A program made the translations under genes and the position numbers. Shown one piece after another: positions 1 through 11,868 of a stretch of 64,000 bases of DNA; positions within the stretch are counted from its first letter, which is position 1, and every line of letters starts with the position of its first letter. This stretch comes from Gracilinanus agilis. Lineage: Eukaryota. Below the pieces are notes generated by a model. The model was not told where the DNA came from and searched no databases. It was given only the letters and a program-made list of their open reading frames with translations. Where the stretch lies: NCBI RefSeq assembly GCF_016433145.1, contig NC_058133.1, positions 33,147,527 through 33,211,526 of the forward strand, given 5' to 3'.

Positions 1-116
1 GGTGAAGACCAACAGAGAGAGAAATAGGCAATTTTGTGAGACAGACAGATGGAGAGGACAGGCAGAAGGCATCTGATAGCAGCTCTCCCTTCCCCCTTCT
101 AGAAGTCACACAATCT

Positions 117-301
117 GGGGCAGCTGGGTAGCTCAGTGGATTGAGATTCGGGCCTAGAGACAGGAGGCCCTAGGTTTGAATCCAGCCTCAGATACTTCCT
201 AGCTGTGTGACCCTGGGCAAGTCACTTGACCCCCATTGCCCACCCTTACCACTTTTCCACCTAGGAGCCAATACACAGAAGTTAAGGATTAAAAAAAAAA
301 A
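117..301 (+). mobile_element. Young CORE-SINE (SINE1_Mdo-like), full length with TSD
   Basis: tRNA-like head GGGGCAGCTGGGTAGCTCAGTGG, core TGTGTGACCCTGGGCAAGTCACTT, A-tail; perfect TSD AAGTCACACAATCT at 103-116 and 302-315. Confidence 0.92.
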
Positions 302-1212
302 AAGTCACACAATCTATCTTCCACTTAAAGATTTCAGGGCACAGGGACCTTGCACTTGCTTGCTCAGAGGATGAATTTCCAACAGACTGAGAAACTACCA
401 CTCCCCCTACCTTCTTTTAAAATCCTGGAAGCTTGTTTTGGACTATTCTCAGGGAGGCTGCGCTGGGTGGGTGAATCAGCTCCCTTTTTAATTCCTCCTT
501 TCTGCTTTCTTTTATCCAGAATTTCACCAAGGAAGGGCTAGATCCTCCAGAGTAATAATGGTGGGAATTCTGGCACTGGGACCTTGGCCCCTGAACCTCA
601 CTGGCTCTCATGAGGCCCTATCAATCTTCCAACAAGTTATGGGAGTGGAAAGAGATCATCATAAATGTGAGGAACCTTTGTAACTATAAAAGGTCGTGGA
701 AACCTCAGCAATGAGGGATAATGACTCCCCTGAGCCCAGAGTACCTGCACTGTTCTTCCCTAGGCATCATGGCTCTTGTTTTCTTTAGTGTCATGGGGAG
801 GGCACTGTGAAGAATGAACCTAGTCCTCAGAAGCCATGATCAGGATAGAGCAACAACAGGAAAGGCAGGGTCAGGCTGACACTGGAGTTCAGGTTCTCAC
901 GATAATGCTTGTGTGACTTGGCAAGTCGTTTGAACTCTGGTGTAAAAGCAAGTTGGACGGGGTGATTCCTGGGAGACCTTCCTGCTCCAAGAGGAGGAGA
1001 AAGACCCTGAAACCCTAACCCTGCCTCCACTGTTGCTGCCATTAGCCAAGAGCAGACATTCACCATTCTGGTCTAGACCAATACTGATAGCTTCTTGACA
1101 GTCCTAAAGGAGCTCCAAAGTACTTGATAACAGCTTTGGATTTCCCTCCTTCCTAGTTTAGGGCCACATTCCCTAATCAAACAACAAGCAAATAATAATG
1201 CTTTTAATTTAG

Positions 1213-1790
1213 TAGGGGGCACAGTGGATAGAGTACCAGACCTGGAGTCAAGAGGGCCTGGGTTTAAACTTGGCTTCTGACATAGTCTAGCTTTGTGACC
1301 CTAGGCAAGTCACTTAATCCCATTTGCCTAGCCCTTGTTCTTCTGTCTTAGAGTTTTACTCAGGCAGACAGTAAGCGTTTAAGAAAATTTTAGAAAGTGG
1401 TTAGAGCTGGGCCTGGAATCAAGCAGACTCATCTTTCGGAGTTCAAATCTGGCCTCAGGCACTTACTAGTTGTGTGACCCTTGGCAAGTCACTTAACCCT
1501 GCTTACCTCAGTCTCCTCATCTGTAAAATGAGCCAGAGAAGGAAATAGCAAACCACTCCAGTATCTCTGCCGAGAATGTCCTAAATAGGGTCACTATGAG
1601 TCAGATATAACTGAACAGCAACAAAGAATGAGATAATACAAGTATAACCCAGATTGAATTGCTTGCCAGCTCTGGGATTGGGGAGGGAAGAAGGGAAGGA
1701 GATCATTTGGATCATATAACTTTGGATAATTTATGTGGGAAATTGTTTTTACATGTAATTGGTAACAAATAAATCAATAAATAACTGAAT
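1213..1790 (+). mobile_element. Cluster of older SINE remnants (Mar1/MIR-like) followed by an L1-like 3' tail
   Basis: Two CORE-SINE bodies (~1213-1380, ~1395-1622; the second has the GAGAAGGAAATAGCAAACCACTCCAGTATC tail), then an A-rich L1 3'UTR-like end; boundaries approximate. Confidence 0.6.
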
Positions 1791-4162
1791 GGCAACAAAG
1801 AATGAAACACTGCCTACCTGCAGAGAGCTTACATTCCAATGGGGAGACAATAGGTACAAGTACAGACTGCACAGATACGAAGCAAATAACTACAATATGG
1901 ACAAAGTTTGTTCTCAATTCAAGGTAACTAGGGAGGGGGAGCCCCAGCAGTTGGAGGGCTCAGGAAAGGTTTATGTAGAAGGTAGGGGGGGCCTGAGTTG
2001 TATCTTAAAGGAAGCGGGACTCTGGGTTATAGAAGAGGGGAAAGAAAAGGACATTTTAGATGTGGGAGGAGTATAATGGATCTGGAAAGGTAAGTGAAGG
2101 CCAGGTTTGCAATCAGGAAATCAGTAGGAAGCCCCCTGGCTGTTCTGGCTTCTAGTGATCTCCCACCCACCCATCATCCACACTGCCAGACCCCCTAAGT
2201 AACCACCCAACCTGTGGCCCTTGGGGGTCACGTCTCAGACTCCCAAACTAGAGAGGCTTTTTCAGTTCCCCGGATAAAATGCAGCCTCCTTAGGCTGGTC
2301 TCGAGGGTCTTTCCTGGTTTGGAGTCTTCTCAGCTCACTGATTGTTCTGGTCAAACTAAAGGATTCCCAGGAGGACCCTTTCTTCTTCCCTTCCTTTCCC
2401 CCAGCATATGGCAGGCTGGGAGCTTACAACATAATCAGGAAAGACTGGGCTAGGAGGAAGGATTCACTGAGTACAAAGGCCATATCCAGGAGGAGGAGAG
2501 GCTGGTTCCTGGAAGGGGGTGGGGATGAAGAAAGAGCAGGGCTCCAGGCTCTGGGCCCAGCAAAGGTATCAGGTGTTACAAAGCCTACAGGAGTCTCTCA
2601 CTGTGAGAAAGGGAGCCCCGACTCCCAGGCTCCTCTCTCATCCCTGACTCTAGCTCTTGTGGCTGCTGCCCTGCCAGCCCAGGGACAATCCCCACCCCCA
2701 GCCCTCCCTTGGCACCCCTTCCCATTTGTTCCTCTTGCTTCTCATGTAACCCTCTCACAGAATGGAGGCCAATCCCACCCTTGAAGCAGAATTCCCCCAA
2801 TATCCTCCACCAGAGAACCCCATGTCTCTGACCGGAGGCTTCCAGGGATGGGGGGCTCACTACCTTCCCAAAGAAACTCCTTTTGCTTCTGGTCACTCCC
2901 CAGAGAGTGAGGGTTTTCTAACACTGAACCTTAATTGATCTGGCCTTTTGGCAGTCTCCCCCTTTCTGTTCCCAGGCCTGATAGACTCCAGAGGACTGCT
3001 CTGATGGAGCCCCCAGCCTTCCTGCCATGCAGCAGGAAGGGAGCCGAGCCTAAGGGGGCAGGGCCTGGCCTCCTTTTAGTCTTCGTCCCTGCAGGTGCTT
3101 CTTTAGTGGAAAACCTCAGAAAATAAGTCCAGACACCCAGAAGTTCAAATGAGTGGAACCAATAGTTATTTATTAATCTATTGATTAATAAACGTACCTA
3201 GCTGCCCGAACTGAAATTAAAATGCAGTTTTCATAGGGTTCAAGATACGAGATACAAAGAGAATAATGTTCCTTACATAGCCTAGAAGCAAACTTTTTAT
3301 CTTGTGAAAGGTAGTAGTTTGGGGCTCTGCACTGTCTCTTACCCTGGACCGTGAGACAGCTGCAGGGAGTTCTTTTCTCCTGTGAATGTTATTTTTGAGC
3401 CAGCTGGCCTTCACAGGGAGGCTCATTCTGGATTCTACTTTTCCTCAGTTCACCTCCCTTCAGCTCGGGTGCTGCGGCAGGCCCAGGGCGGGCGCCCCAT
3501 CCCCTCTCTCCAGTTTGTCCCCCTGCTCCAGAGGGGGCTCCCTATTCCTGAAGGCTGGGCCCGGCCTCCTCAGGCACCTCCCAGACTCCAGCTACTGGCC
3601 CGAGAAGGCTCCTTTTGAGCCCTGGTGCTACCCTTTCCATGGATCCTTCCCGGGTCTCCCGTTCTTTGCTTGGGCCCAAATGCCCCCAGCCTGTACTTTC
3701 TAGTGCTGCCTCAGTGCGCCCGGCCGCCCTTCCCGCTGTGTATTAGCCGTGTAGGATTCTAGCCATTGGCCAGCTCCACCGCTGTCTGCCTCCGCAGGCG
3801 GCTTCGTAAATGAAACCCTTTCCTCCTGCCTTACAATCATACCGAGGGTCACTTCTAAAGCTGAGAGGTAAGTGCCTCTGGGTGAAGTGACTTGCCCAGG
3901 GTCACACGGTCGGCGGGTGGCAGAGCCCACGCTTCCCAGGACTGCCAGTTGACAACCACTTGGGGCTGTGTTGGAGGCGGGGCGGTTGGGGGCCCTCCGC
4001 TGAGATAGCGGCTACCAGGAGATTAAATTGTTCCTTATTATTATTATTGCTATTGTTCTTTCTTTTAAAGCCCGGCAGGTCCCGGGTTCTACAGCCCCGG
4101 TACAGCCCCGGGAGGGTTGGAAGGCCAGGGAGCTTCCCCGTCGGAGAGGCTCCCCTCTCCCG

Positions 4163-4170
4163 TGACGTCA
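4163..4170. promoter_or_regulatory. Perfect CRE palindrome TGACGTCA
   Basis: Exact match in the PRDX1 proximal promoter. Confidence 0.6.
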
Positions 4171-4257
4171 AGGGGGGGGTTAAATTCCACAGGTGGGCTC
4201 AGGGCAAGGCTAGAGGCCCCCGGGGGGAGGGGCACTCGGAGTCTGACCTCAGGAAAG

Positions 4258-4268
4258 TGCCGAGTCAT
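4258..4268 (-). promoter_or_regulatory. Antioxidant response element (NRF2/sMAF) consensus ATGACTCGGCA
   Basis: Reverse complement of TGCCGAGTCAT fits RTGACnnnGC; about 150 bp upstream of the inferred TSS of a known NRF2-responsive gene. Confidence 0.6.
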
Positions 4269-4364
4269 GCTGAGCGCGCCGGAGAGAGGATGGGGGATGG
4301 GGGTGGGAGGCAAGGGGATAGGGCGTGGCCTAGGGTACGGCCCACCCCGTCCCGTCCCTCAGCC

Positions 4365-4391
4365 TCTCGCGAGATCTCGTGGGACATAAAA
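4365..4391 (+). promoter_or_regulatory. TCTCGCGAGA palindrome plus TATA-like CATAAAA (PRDX1 core promoter)
   Basis: TCTCGCGAGA at 4365-4374 and CATAAAA at 4385-4391; same arrangement as I recall for the human PRDX1 5' end. Confidence 0.7.
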
Positions 4392-4414
4392 GCAGTGTTC
4401 GGCGCACCTCCCTC

Positions 4415-4478
4415 GCTTTTTCCAGCTCGTCTTCACGTGTTGGTTGTCTTTCCGAACGCTGTGTGCGGATCCCATCTG
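4415..4478 (+). other. PRDX1: PRDX1 noncoding exon 1 (start approximate)
   Basis: Follows the TATA-like box; ends at donor CTG|GTGAGG (GT at 4479); PRDX1 has a noncoding first exon in mammals. Confidence 0.7.
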
Positions 4479-6055
4479 GTGAGGCCGGGACACTGCCAGT
4501 TCCTGATCCACTCGGGGTCGTGCACATTTCGCCCTTCTCTTGGCGGTGGAGGTTGGGCAGAAAGGGTGGGGACTTCTGGCGGGCTAGCCCCCTCCTTCCC
4601 CCGGGTTCGAAGGTCGCTGATTGGCTTTCTTGATCACGTGGCCCGACGGGGTGGGGGCGTGTTCGGGAACCTTTCCTATTGGGGGGGGCGCTGAGGCCCA
4701 GGCGTGGGAGGGACAGACGGGGAAACTGAGGTACAGATCAGGGAAGCAAGGGGACACTATTCTTCCCGTGACCGAGGAGGAGGGGGGAGCCTCGGGAGTA
4801 ATGCACATCCTGCGTCCGGAGCCCACCCGTCCGCGTTTTGGGTCCCCCTTCCCGTGTACCCTTGGGCTTGGGTGCCTTGCTGGAGCCGCCCGGCACCTCG
4901 TCTTAGTTTTCCTTTCCGTAAAGTGTGTCCCAAGGACACGGGCAATTTCCTTAGGCGCTAGATGACCGATGGGCAGGGGTGGGTGGGAATGGGTTGCAGC
5001 AGTCCACACTTCTTCCGTATTGGGACCCCTGGGGCTTTGGTGCTGAGGGGGGTGGCGGGTGCAACATCCGGCTTAAAAAGCCGCGGCTGAGTCCGGCCAA
5101 GGGAGATGTCGGTGGGGTGGCGTTGGAGGTCCCTTTGGGGCACTCCTATAAAATGGTTTTGGGAAGCTGAAGATGTGTCCCTACAGGCTGTTAAATGCTT
5201 GCAGTCACTCAGGCAGATGGTGGTCAGTGCTGGGCTGGAGTCGCGTGTCGCCTTAGACCAGGCCCCAGCCTTGACCCTGCATCAGTCGTTTTGCCTCTAT
5301 CTCAGCGTCAGGGTGAGGAACTGAAAGAATAAGAGGTGTAAAGGGATGAGGGTCTACTGATGCCCGTTCCCTTCCTCTCTAGTGATGGGTGAGATAGCGA
5401 GTTAGCCGGGGGCTAAGACAGGCCAGATAGAAGCTGATGTAGAAATCAACTGAGGTAGGAAGGAGAGGACATCGGGCGCGGCAGGTGGTGTACTCCTTGG
5501 CCCCTTGGCTTGGAAACACTCAGATTGGAAACCAATTCAGCTTGATAACTTATCTCTGCTTAGCACAAGCCTCAGCTGCTTTCCTACCAAGGCAGGCACC
5601 AGAAATAAACCAACCACCTCCCTTCTCTTTTCTGGGGACTGGCTGCTTTGGGAGAAGGCATTCCGTGCAGAGGTCCTTGCCTCTTCATTGGATGAGGATC
5701 CCTGTAGAAGAGCTCAGTCCTGAGAAACCAGTGGCTCTCTTAAGTGCATGGGGCAACCCCCAGCCAGGACTTTACCATAAAAAACTGAGTCCTTTTAAAA
5801 GACTAGGCAACCTTGCTATGTGTGAGCTACAGGTAGAGGTCTCCCAGCCACAAGATGGTCACGCCTATTAGGTCTCTGCCAGCAAGTCCACCTATGGTTG
5901 GTGAGCTGCTTTGGGCTCCCTAAGAAGGGAGCACCCTGGGCTGTCTTTTGGAATGGGGTGTGGCAACCCAATGGAGAATGAGCTTGGTGCACTTTTTGGA
6001 GACTGCTTTGTCCAGCCTCATTCTGCCTCTCTCTTGGTCCTCAGCTGCTGTCAAC

Positions 6056-9000
6056 ATGTCGGCAGGAAATGCCAAGATTGGGCACCCAGCCCCCAATTTC
6101 ATTGCCACCGCTGTTATGCCAGATCAGCAGTTCAAAGACATCAGCCTTTCTGACTACAAAGGTGAGTTGAATTGCCAGAAACTGATTTACATTTCTTGAT
6201 TAGTAAAATCTCCATAACAGAAGCAGCTTTGAACCCTTTCTGTAAGCTGTTTTGATTTCTGTGCTGGGTCCACCGTAGCTGAAGGAGGCAAGCCAAGACC
6301 CTCCCCTCCCCCCTACTGTGATGATCCCACTCCTCCCCCAGGCGATGCAGGCTTATTTCCACCCTGTCGGCCTCTAGTTCTCATATTGAAGGGCTTGGGA
6401 ATCTCCTTTTGTATAGTCCTTTATAACTAATACCTGGAGAACCTTGGCCAGCCTCCCTCCTTCTGGGGGGCTCTCCTTTCTTGTGCCTTGACTTAAGACT
6501 CCACTGCTTCTCCTACATCCCTTCCTGAAGAATGATGGTAGACTAGGTGGAATGACAAAGGATCAGGGCTTTCTTCTTCCAAAGTTCTCAGGCCTGCTGT
6601 GTTTCCTGGGTTCCAGGAGTATCTACATTCTTAGCACATACAGCTGCCTTTCTTTAGAGCTATCCCCTTGTGGAAGCTGATAAGAGTGAGACTATTCATG
6701 GTTTGAGTCTGGGCCTTTTGCAGGTTAAAGCTGATTGGCAGAGTTGGGGGGAGAGTAGCTCTCATGTCCTTGCATGTGTAGGCACTTCCCTACCCAGAGA
6801 AAGTAGCTCTCATTGGAGTGCCAGTGGTCCAAGACGCTTCCCTCTTGCAGAGGTACTGAGAATAGGGAAGGTTCTGGCAGATTTGTTGGGAACCACAAGG
6901 TTCTTTCAGAGGGAATTCTGATGCACACCTAGCCTTGGCTCTGACTCAGAACATCCCTAGTCCTCGAGCTTGTTCTACCAGTGTTACTCCTATGAGGTAG
7001 AGCCAACCTTAGTCTCTGGGCCCACTGGCTGGTATGACAGTGGCAGCAGCCTTTAAGTAGGTGTCTATTGACAGAAAGGGAGTGTTAGAAATCCTGCTGC
7101 TGCTTATCTCTGAGGGAGGGATCTGCCTCAGTGATTATTCTGTAAGTTTGCCCAGAGTGGTTCTATAAGCATATATACACTGCTGCCTGTGCTGCTGAGT
7201 TGTGGTCCCCTCCTTCCCCCCCAAGTTCTTGAGCCTGGTCTCATTAGTTTTGTCCAGTCAGTAGTCAGCCTTCCTTTTTCTGAGTTAGGTTAGCATAGCA
7301 TACTTTATGGTTCTTTCTTTACCCATCTTAGTCTCTTGAGAATTAGAATCAAGTCTATTTCCTTTAGATTGTATGTGGAGAAAGGCGTTGTGCAGAGGAC
7401 TTGAAGAGATCCTGGGGTCTTACTGAGAGGCCCAACATCTGGGTTTCAGTTCTAGGAATCCTGCTTTTCTTAGCATCATATCACCTGAGCCTCACTTCTA
7501 TTATAAAGGAAGATCTTTACCTACCTAGTTAACAGGGTTTAGCCATTATGCCTAGGCTGACCAGCTCCTCTGCTGGCACTATGTAGTCTTGCCAATGAAT
7601 GAACCAATACAGGTGTGGGAGAAAAGGGTAGAGGGGCATGCTTTCACCTGGCAAGTCCCCTTTCAGTGGGACTGTGATACAGAATAAATAGCCTGGTGCT
7701 CAATCCTTGGCTAGCTACCTTATGTCTGCTTTCAAGCTTACCTGTACATTGCCTAGCATAGCTTAGCACTGTATCTGGGGAGGAGAATGCCTTGGGAAGG
7801 AGGGACTTGGGTCTGACTTCTTAGTTTTTCCATTAGTGTGTAGGATGTGTGTATAACTGCCAATTTAGGATACCCAGGTCATTCCAGAAACCAGGCGACC
7901 TGAACTCATCAGTCCCTCTTTACCATCCAGGGAAATATGTTGTGTTGTTCTTTTACCCTTTGGACTTCACCTTTGTGTGTCCCACGGAGATTCTTGCATT
8001 CAGTGATCGCGCTGAAGAATTTAAGAAACTCAACTGCCAAGTGATTGGGGCTTCCGTGGACTCCCACTTCTGTCACCTTGCCTGGTAACTATTCTTGTGC
8101 CTTGGAAGTAGTGGCGTGAGGACTAGGCTTTCCTGAGAATTGACTTGGATTTCCTCATTAATGGAGGACTTTGACTTGGGGCTCCTCAGCACAAGTCAGC
8201 AAACACTTCATAGTTGCACCTCCCAGTCTCTTAGAGGAATAGAGCAGTCCCCAAATCAGTCTGTCAATGAGAAAACATCAATGCTGTGTTTCCTACCTGG
8301 CTGGCAGGCATTGCTTTAAGTATTGAGAGTACAAGGAAAAAGTAAACATTTTCTAGAAGCTTGCATTCTAATGGGGCTGACGATGATGTGCAAAACAGGC
8401 TCTAGATGGAGAGAAATGAGAAGGGAACATTCCTGGAGAAAGCAGAATTTGAGAGGAGACTGGAGAGGCATTGCTGCATAAGGTCATTTGAAGAGAGAAG
8501 AGAGTCTTGGCAAAAAGGCAACTTGGGCTGGTGAGAAGAGAGCAGATGAGGCAGAGCTTGGCTGAAGAATCTATCTGTCCCAGGGGTGGGTGTCCCAGCC
8601 CTTAATTACCGCAGGCCTAGAGAAGGGCGCATGCCATGCAGAATTAGCTCATACTCTATTAAAGTCAGAAGCACCTTGAGGGCACTTGGGTGTAGTTCTT
8701 CTTACCTATTTCTACAGGAGATCCAATGTCTGAATAAAAACTTGTCATACTAGTTCAGTTGCATTGTGTCTCATGTTATTTTTCTCCAGGGTCAACACAC
8801 TCAGAAAGCAAGGTGGACTGGGACCTGTCAACATCCCACTGATGTCTGACCCCAAACGCACTATTGCTCAAGACTATGGAGTCTTAAAGGCAGATGAGGG
8901 AATTTCATTCAGGTGAGCATTGCTATATTCTATAAAACCTTGAATTCAGCTGCTGCATGATTCTTCCTAAGCACACCTCTGTCTGTTGGAGCCTAGAAAG

Positions 9001-11531
9001 GAGTAGATAGACTGCTTACTGAATGTGATACTTGAGGCCTAGTTCTCGAAGATCAGGAGTGTTTTAAGATCCATTTTCCTGATACAAACTGGCTCCTTCA
9101 ATTCTAAAACTCCGACGTCTTCTTCATTAGGGGTCTCTTCATCATTGATGAGAAGGGGATCCTTCGCCAGATCACTATCAATGACCTTCCTGTGGGCCGC
9201 TCGGTAGATGAAACTCTGCGGTTAGTTCAGGCCTTCCAGTTCACAGACAAGCATGGCGAGGGTAAGTCTTCGGAGCAAATGAGTGAGAAAACACTAGAGC
9301 ACTGAAGGAAAGAGCCACCTTAAGGACTAGGGATGATTGGGTTTTCTTAGCTCCCAGGATCCTGTGAGCCCAGCTGTGTTGTTGACTTTGGGGATCAAAT
9401 CCTGTCCTGAAATATGAGGACTTGGGTACATGGGGTGCTCCTCCTGCCTTATTCACTTGAGTAAATATTTGTGCTGCCCATAGATATAATTGAATAAACT
9501 AAAACTGATAGAGAAACTGAAAAGGGGATGAGAGTTGACTCTTGAGTCAGGAGGACAGCATGGGTTCTTTGAGTTAAGGGAGTGATATGGTCAGACCTGG
9601 GCTCCCAGGATGTGATAGTCCAGGCTGGAGGGCTTAGAAGACCTCCACTACCTTACTTTGCTGGCCCCTGGGAGTTAGGAGAAAGACAAGAACTGGAGGG
9701 AGCACTGGCAAGATTGGGCAAGATGACAGTCCAGCTGAACTAGGTAGCAAACCTTTGGTTCAGCCCTACCAAAATGAGTGTTTCGAGGAAAAGTTGAGGT
9801 AATTGCTCATCCTTTGCACCCTTGTTTTGCCCTGAACACTGGAGGGAGGGACTTTCTTCCCAACCATACTGTTTCTGCTCCCAACCCCCATCCTCCATAG
9901 GTGGATGTGTGGAGGGCGGGGGAAGGGAAAGGTAAGGTTCTGCCCTTCTGTGTTGTGGATGATCTATGCATTATTGGGGTTGGTATAGAATTAGTTAGCT
10001 GGACTTGCTTTTTATATCCCTGGGGCTCATTCTTATCTTAAGAGGGAAGGGGAATTCTTGCACATCTGGTTGTATTTTACATAAAATCTCATTCTAATCT
10101 CTCAAAGTAGCTCAGAGCTGATCTTAATCTTTTTGTTTTAACCCTTAGCTTCACTTCTCTCTTAGAATCAATTCTCAGCTGCAAGAGCTAGGCAATAGGG
10201 ATTAAGTGCCTTGTTTAGGGTTATGTGCCTGAGGCCAGATTTGAACCCAGGTTCTTCTGGTATTCTTCACTGTTCCCCAAGCAACCCCATTCTACAGATG
10301 AGGAAAACTAATCCTCAAAAGTGACTTCTCTTTTCCTTTTCTAGTCACTGAACAAGGGGAGGATTTTTGAAACCCAGCAATGTGTCTTTTAATCTAGCAC
10401 TTTTCCCTCAATATGAGCTCACATGAATCTGTGATACCTCCCATCAGTATGGGCTGGTAGCTTGGTCTTCCCTTAGCAAGTACTGAAGCCCTTTAATTGA
10501 CTCTCTGGGAAAATGTCTGACTTCTAGAAACCCAAGGAAGGGAAGGGACCAGTCTAAGGCTTCCCTGGGACATGGCAGATGGATTCTAGAGCTAAAGCCA
10601 CGGGTAGGATTTGGGCACCTTAGGTGTAGGAATGTAGCTCCTTAAACTTCTGGTGCACCTGAAAGCTTTTGCACCCACTTCCCTCTGTTCCTTGAGACTG
10701 GATTACTTGTCCAAGACACAGAAAGGGCTTCATGGAAGCAGTTGGAAAGGAAGGGAAGCCGTGAAGATACAAGTGTCTCATGCAGCTCTTTAACTTTCTT
10801 GTCAGCAGCCCCCCAACATTCTTCTGCGCTCAGCCTTGCTTTTAAGGTGTGAGGCCTGCCTGCACAGTAGTTGATAGCTAGGGTCATTTCATCTAGAGTG
10901 GCCATAATGGGCAGTATGGAAGCTCCTGAGCTCCCAGAGGAGAGTAAGAAGGGTGGCAGGGCAGGCTTGTGGCTATCTCTTAAGCTCTTGGACAAATCCA
11001 TGATCAGCTGAAGGATGGGGGGCCATTGGAGTGTCTCTGAAGGCATCCAGTCTTCTCTGTCCTAAAATTGAGGGGCAGGAATACAGGAGCCTGAGGAGTG
11101 TTCAGTCCTTGTAAAATTCCTTGTTAGGGACTGGTGCCAATTGAGAAGTTGTGGAACCCAGGCTTAGGTAGGCCAGCTCCTAACAATAAACCAGATGATT
11201 TGAATGCTGTTTTCTGGGCTTTGTTGAGGTACTCCCAAGAAGTGACTTGTGTGTGGTGTTGAGTGCTAGCATCATTGATGGGATTTGCCCCCATTGTGAT
11301 CTTTGTGTACGAGGCTCACTATACGGAAAGAGCTGGCTGGTGACCCTTAGGAATGGGGGATGAACTCTTCCCAGGCTTCTCAAAGCAAGAAGGATTCTTG
11401 GTCATTTAGAGAGGGGAGGTCAAAGTCACCTTTTTTGTCTTTCAGTGTGCCCTGCTGGCTGGAAACCGGGAAGCGATACCATCAAGCCTGATGTTAAGGG
11501 GAGTAAGGAATACTTCTCTAAGCAGAACTGA
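6056..11531 (+). CDS. PRDX1: Peroxiredoxin-1 (typical 2-Cys Prx), 199 aa; coding exons 6056-6161, 7931-8084, 8790-8912, 9131-9261, 11446-11531
   Basis: Exon lengths 106+154+123+131+86=600 nt, all GT-AG, frame continuous. Translation [15 protein letters not shown]...[13 protein letters not shown] (peroxidatic Cys52)...HFCHLAW (Cys83)...GGLG...EVCPAGW (resolving Cys173)...EYFSKQN*. Exon 2 acceptor at 6044 leaves an 11-nt UTR. Confidence 0.98.
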
Positions 11532-11862
11532 GCCCTTATCTGCTGAGGATTTCCCGCTGCAGAGGGCCTGGGGACACACCTAACTGCTGTCTGCAGGTCA
11601 AGGGAAAACACGCTTGACCCTTTCCCAAGCTTTCAACTAGGCCGCCTTCATAGGGGGAGCCAAGACACTGTGGGGGGTAGCTGGGCATGTCTGCTCCTCA
11701 TAGGCCTTGATTCAGATCATTCCTCTCAGGGCATCAGTTGACCCCTGCCTTAGGCCTGCTGTGTTTCTTTCTCTTTAATGACCAAGTGCTGTGTTAACAA
11801 TGTTTGTTTGTACCATAGTCAGCCCTTTGGGGCTTGAGCTCATCTGATATTTTTGTAGTTGT

Positions 11863-11868
11863 ATTAAA
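11863..11868 (+). terminator. PRDX1: PRDX1 polyadenylation signal (ATTAAA variant)
   Basis: ATTAAA about 330 nt after the stop, preceded by TGTA motifs. Confidence 0.7.

Larger units (their letters stand above)
3850..5250 (+). promoter_or_regulatory. PRDX1: CpG island / promoter of PRDX1
   Basis: High GC and CpG density around exon 1; contains CRE, ARE, TCTCGCGAGA, TATA-like box and CACGTG E-boxes (4434-4439, 4635-4640); edges approximate. Confidence 0.8.

Noticed and set aside
117-200. tRNA-like A-box/B-box sequences (TAGCTCAGTGG, GGTTCAAATC) at many positions
   Set aside because: These are SINE heads; no cloverleaf tRNA gene was seen
2585-2896. 103-aa minus-strand ORF upstream of PRDX1, considered as an AKR1A1 exon
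   Set aside because: No aldo-keto reductase motifs; AKR1A1 probably lies outside the window
3960-4694. 244-aa ORF and other overlapping ORFs over the PRDX1 promoter
   Set aside because: TTG start, Gly/Arg/Pro-rich, no recognisable domain; stop depletion is expected in a CpG island
5147-5153. TATAAAA in PRDX1 intron 1
   Set aside because: No convincing downstream exon or donor identified; a 7-mer match alone is weak
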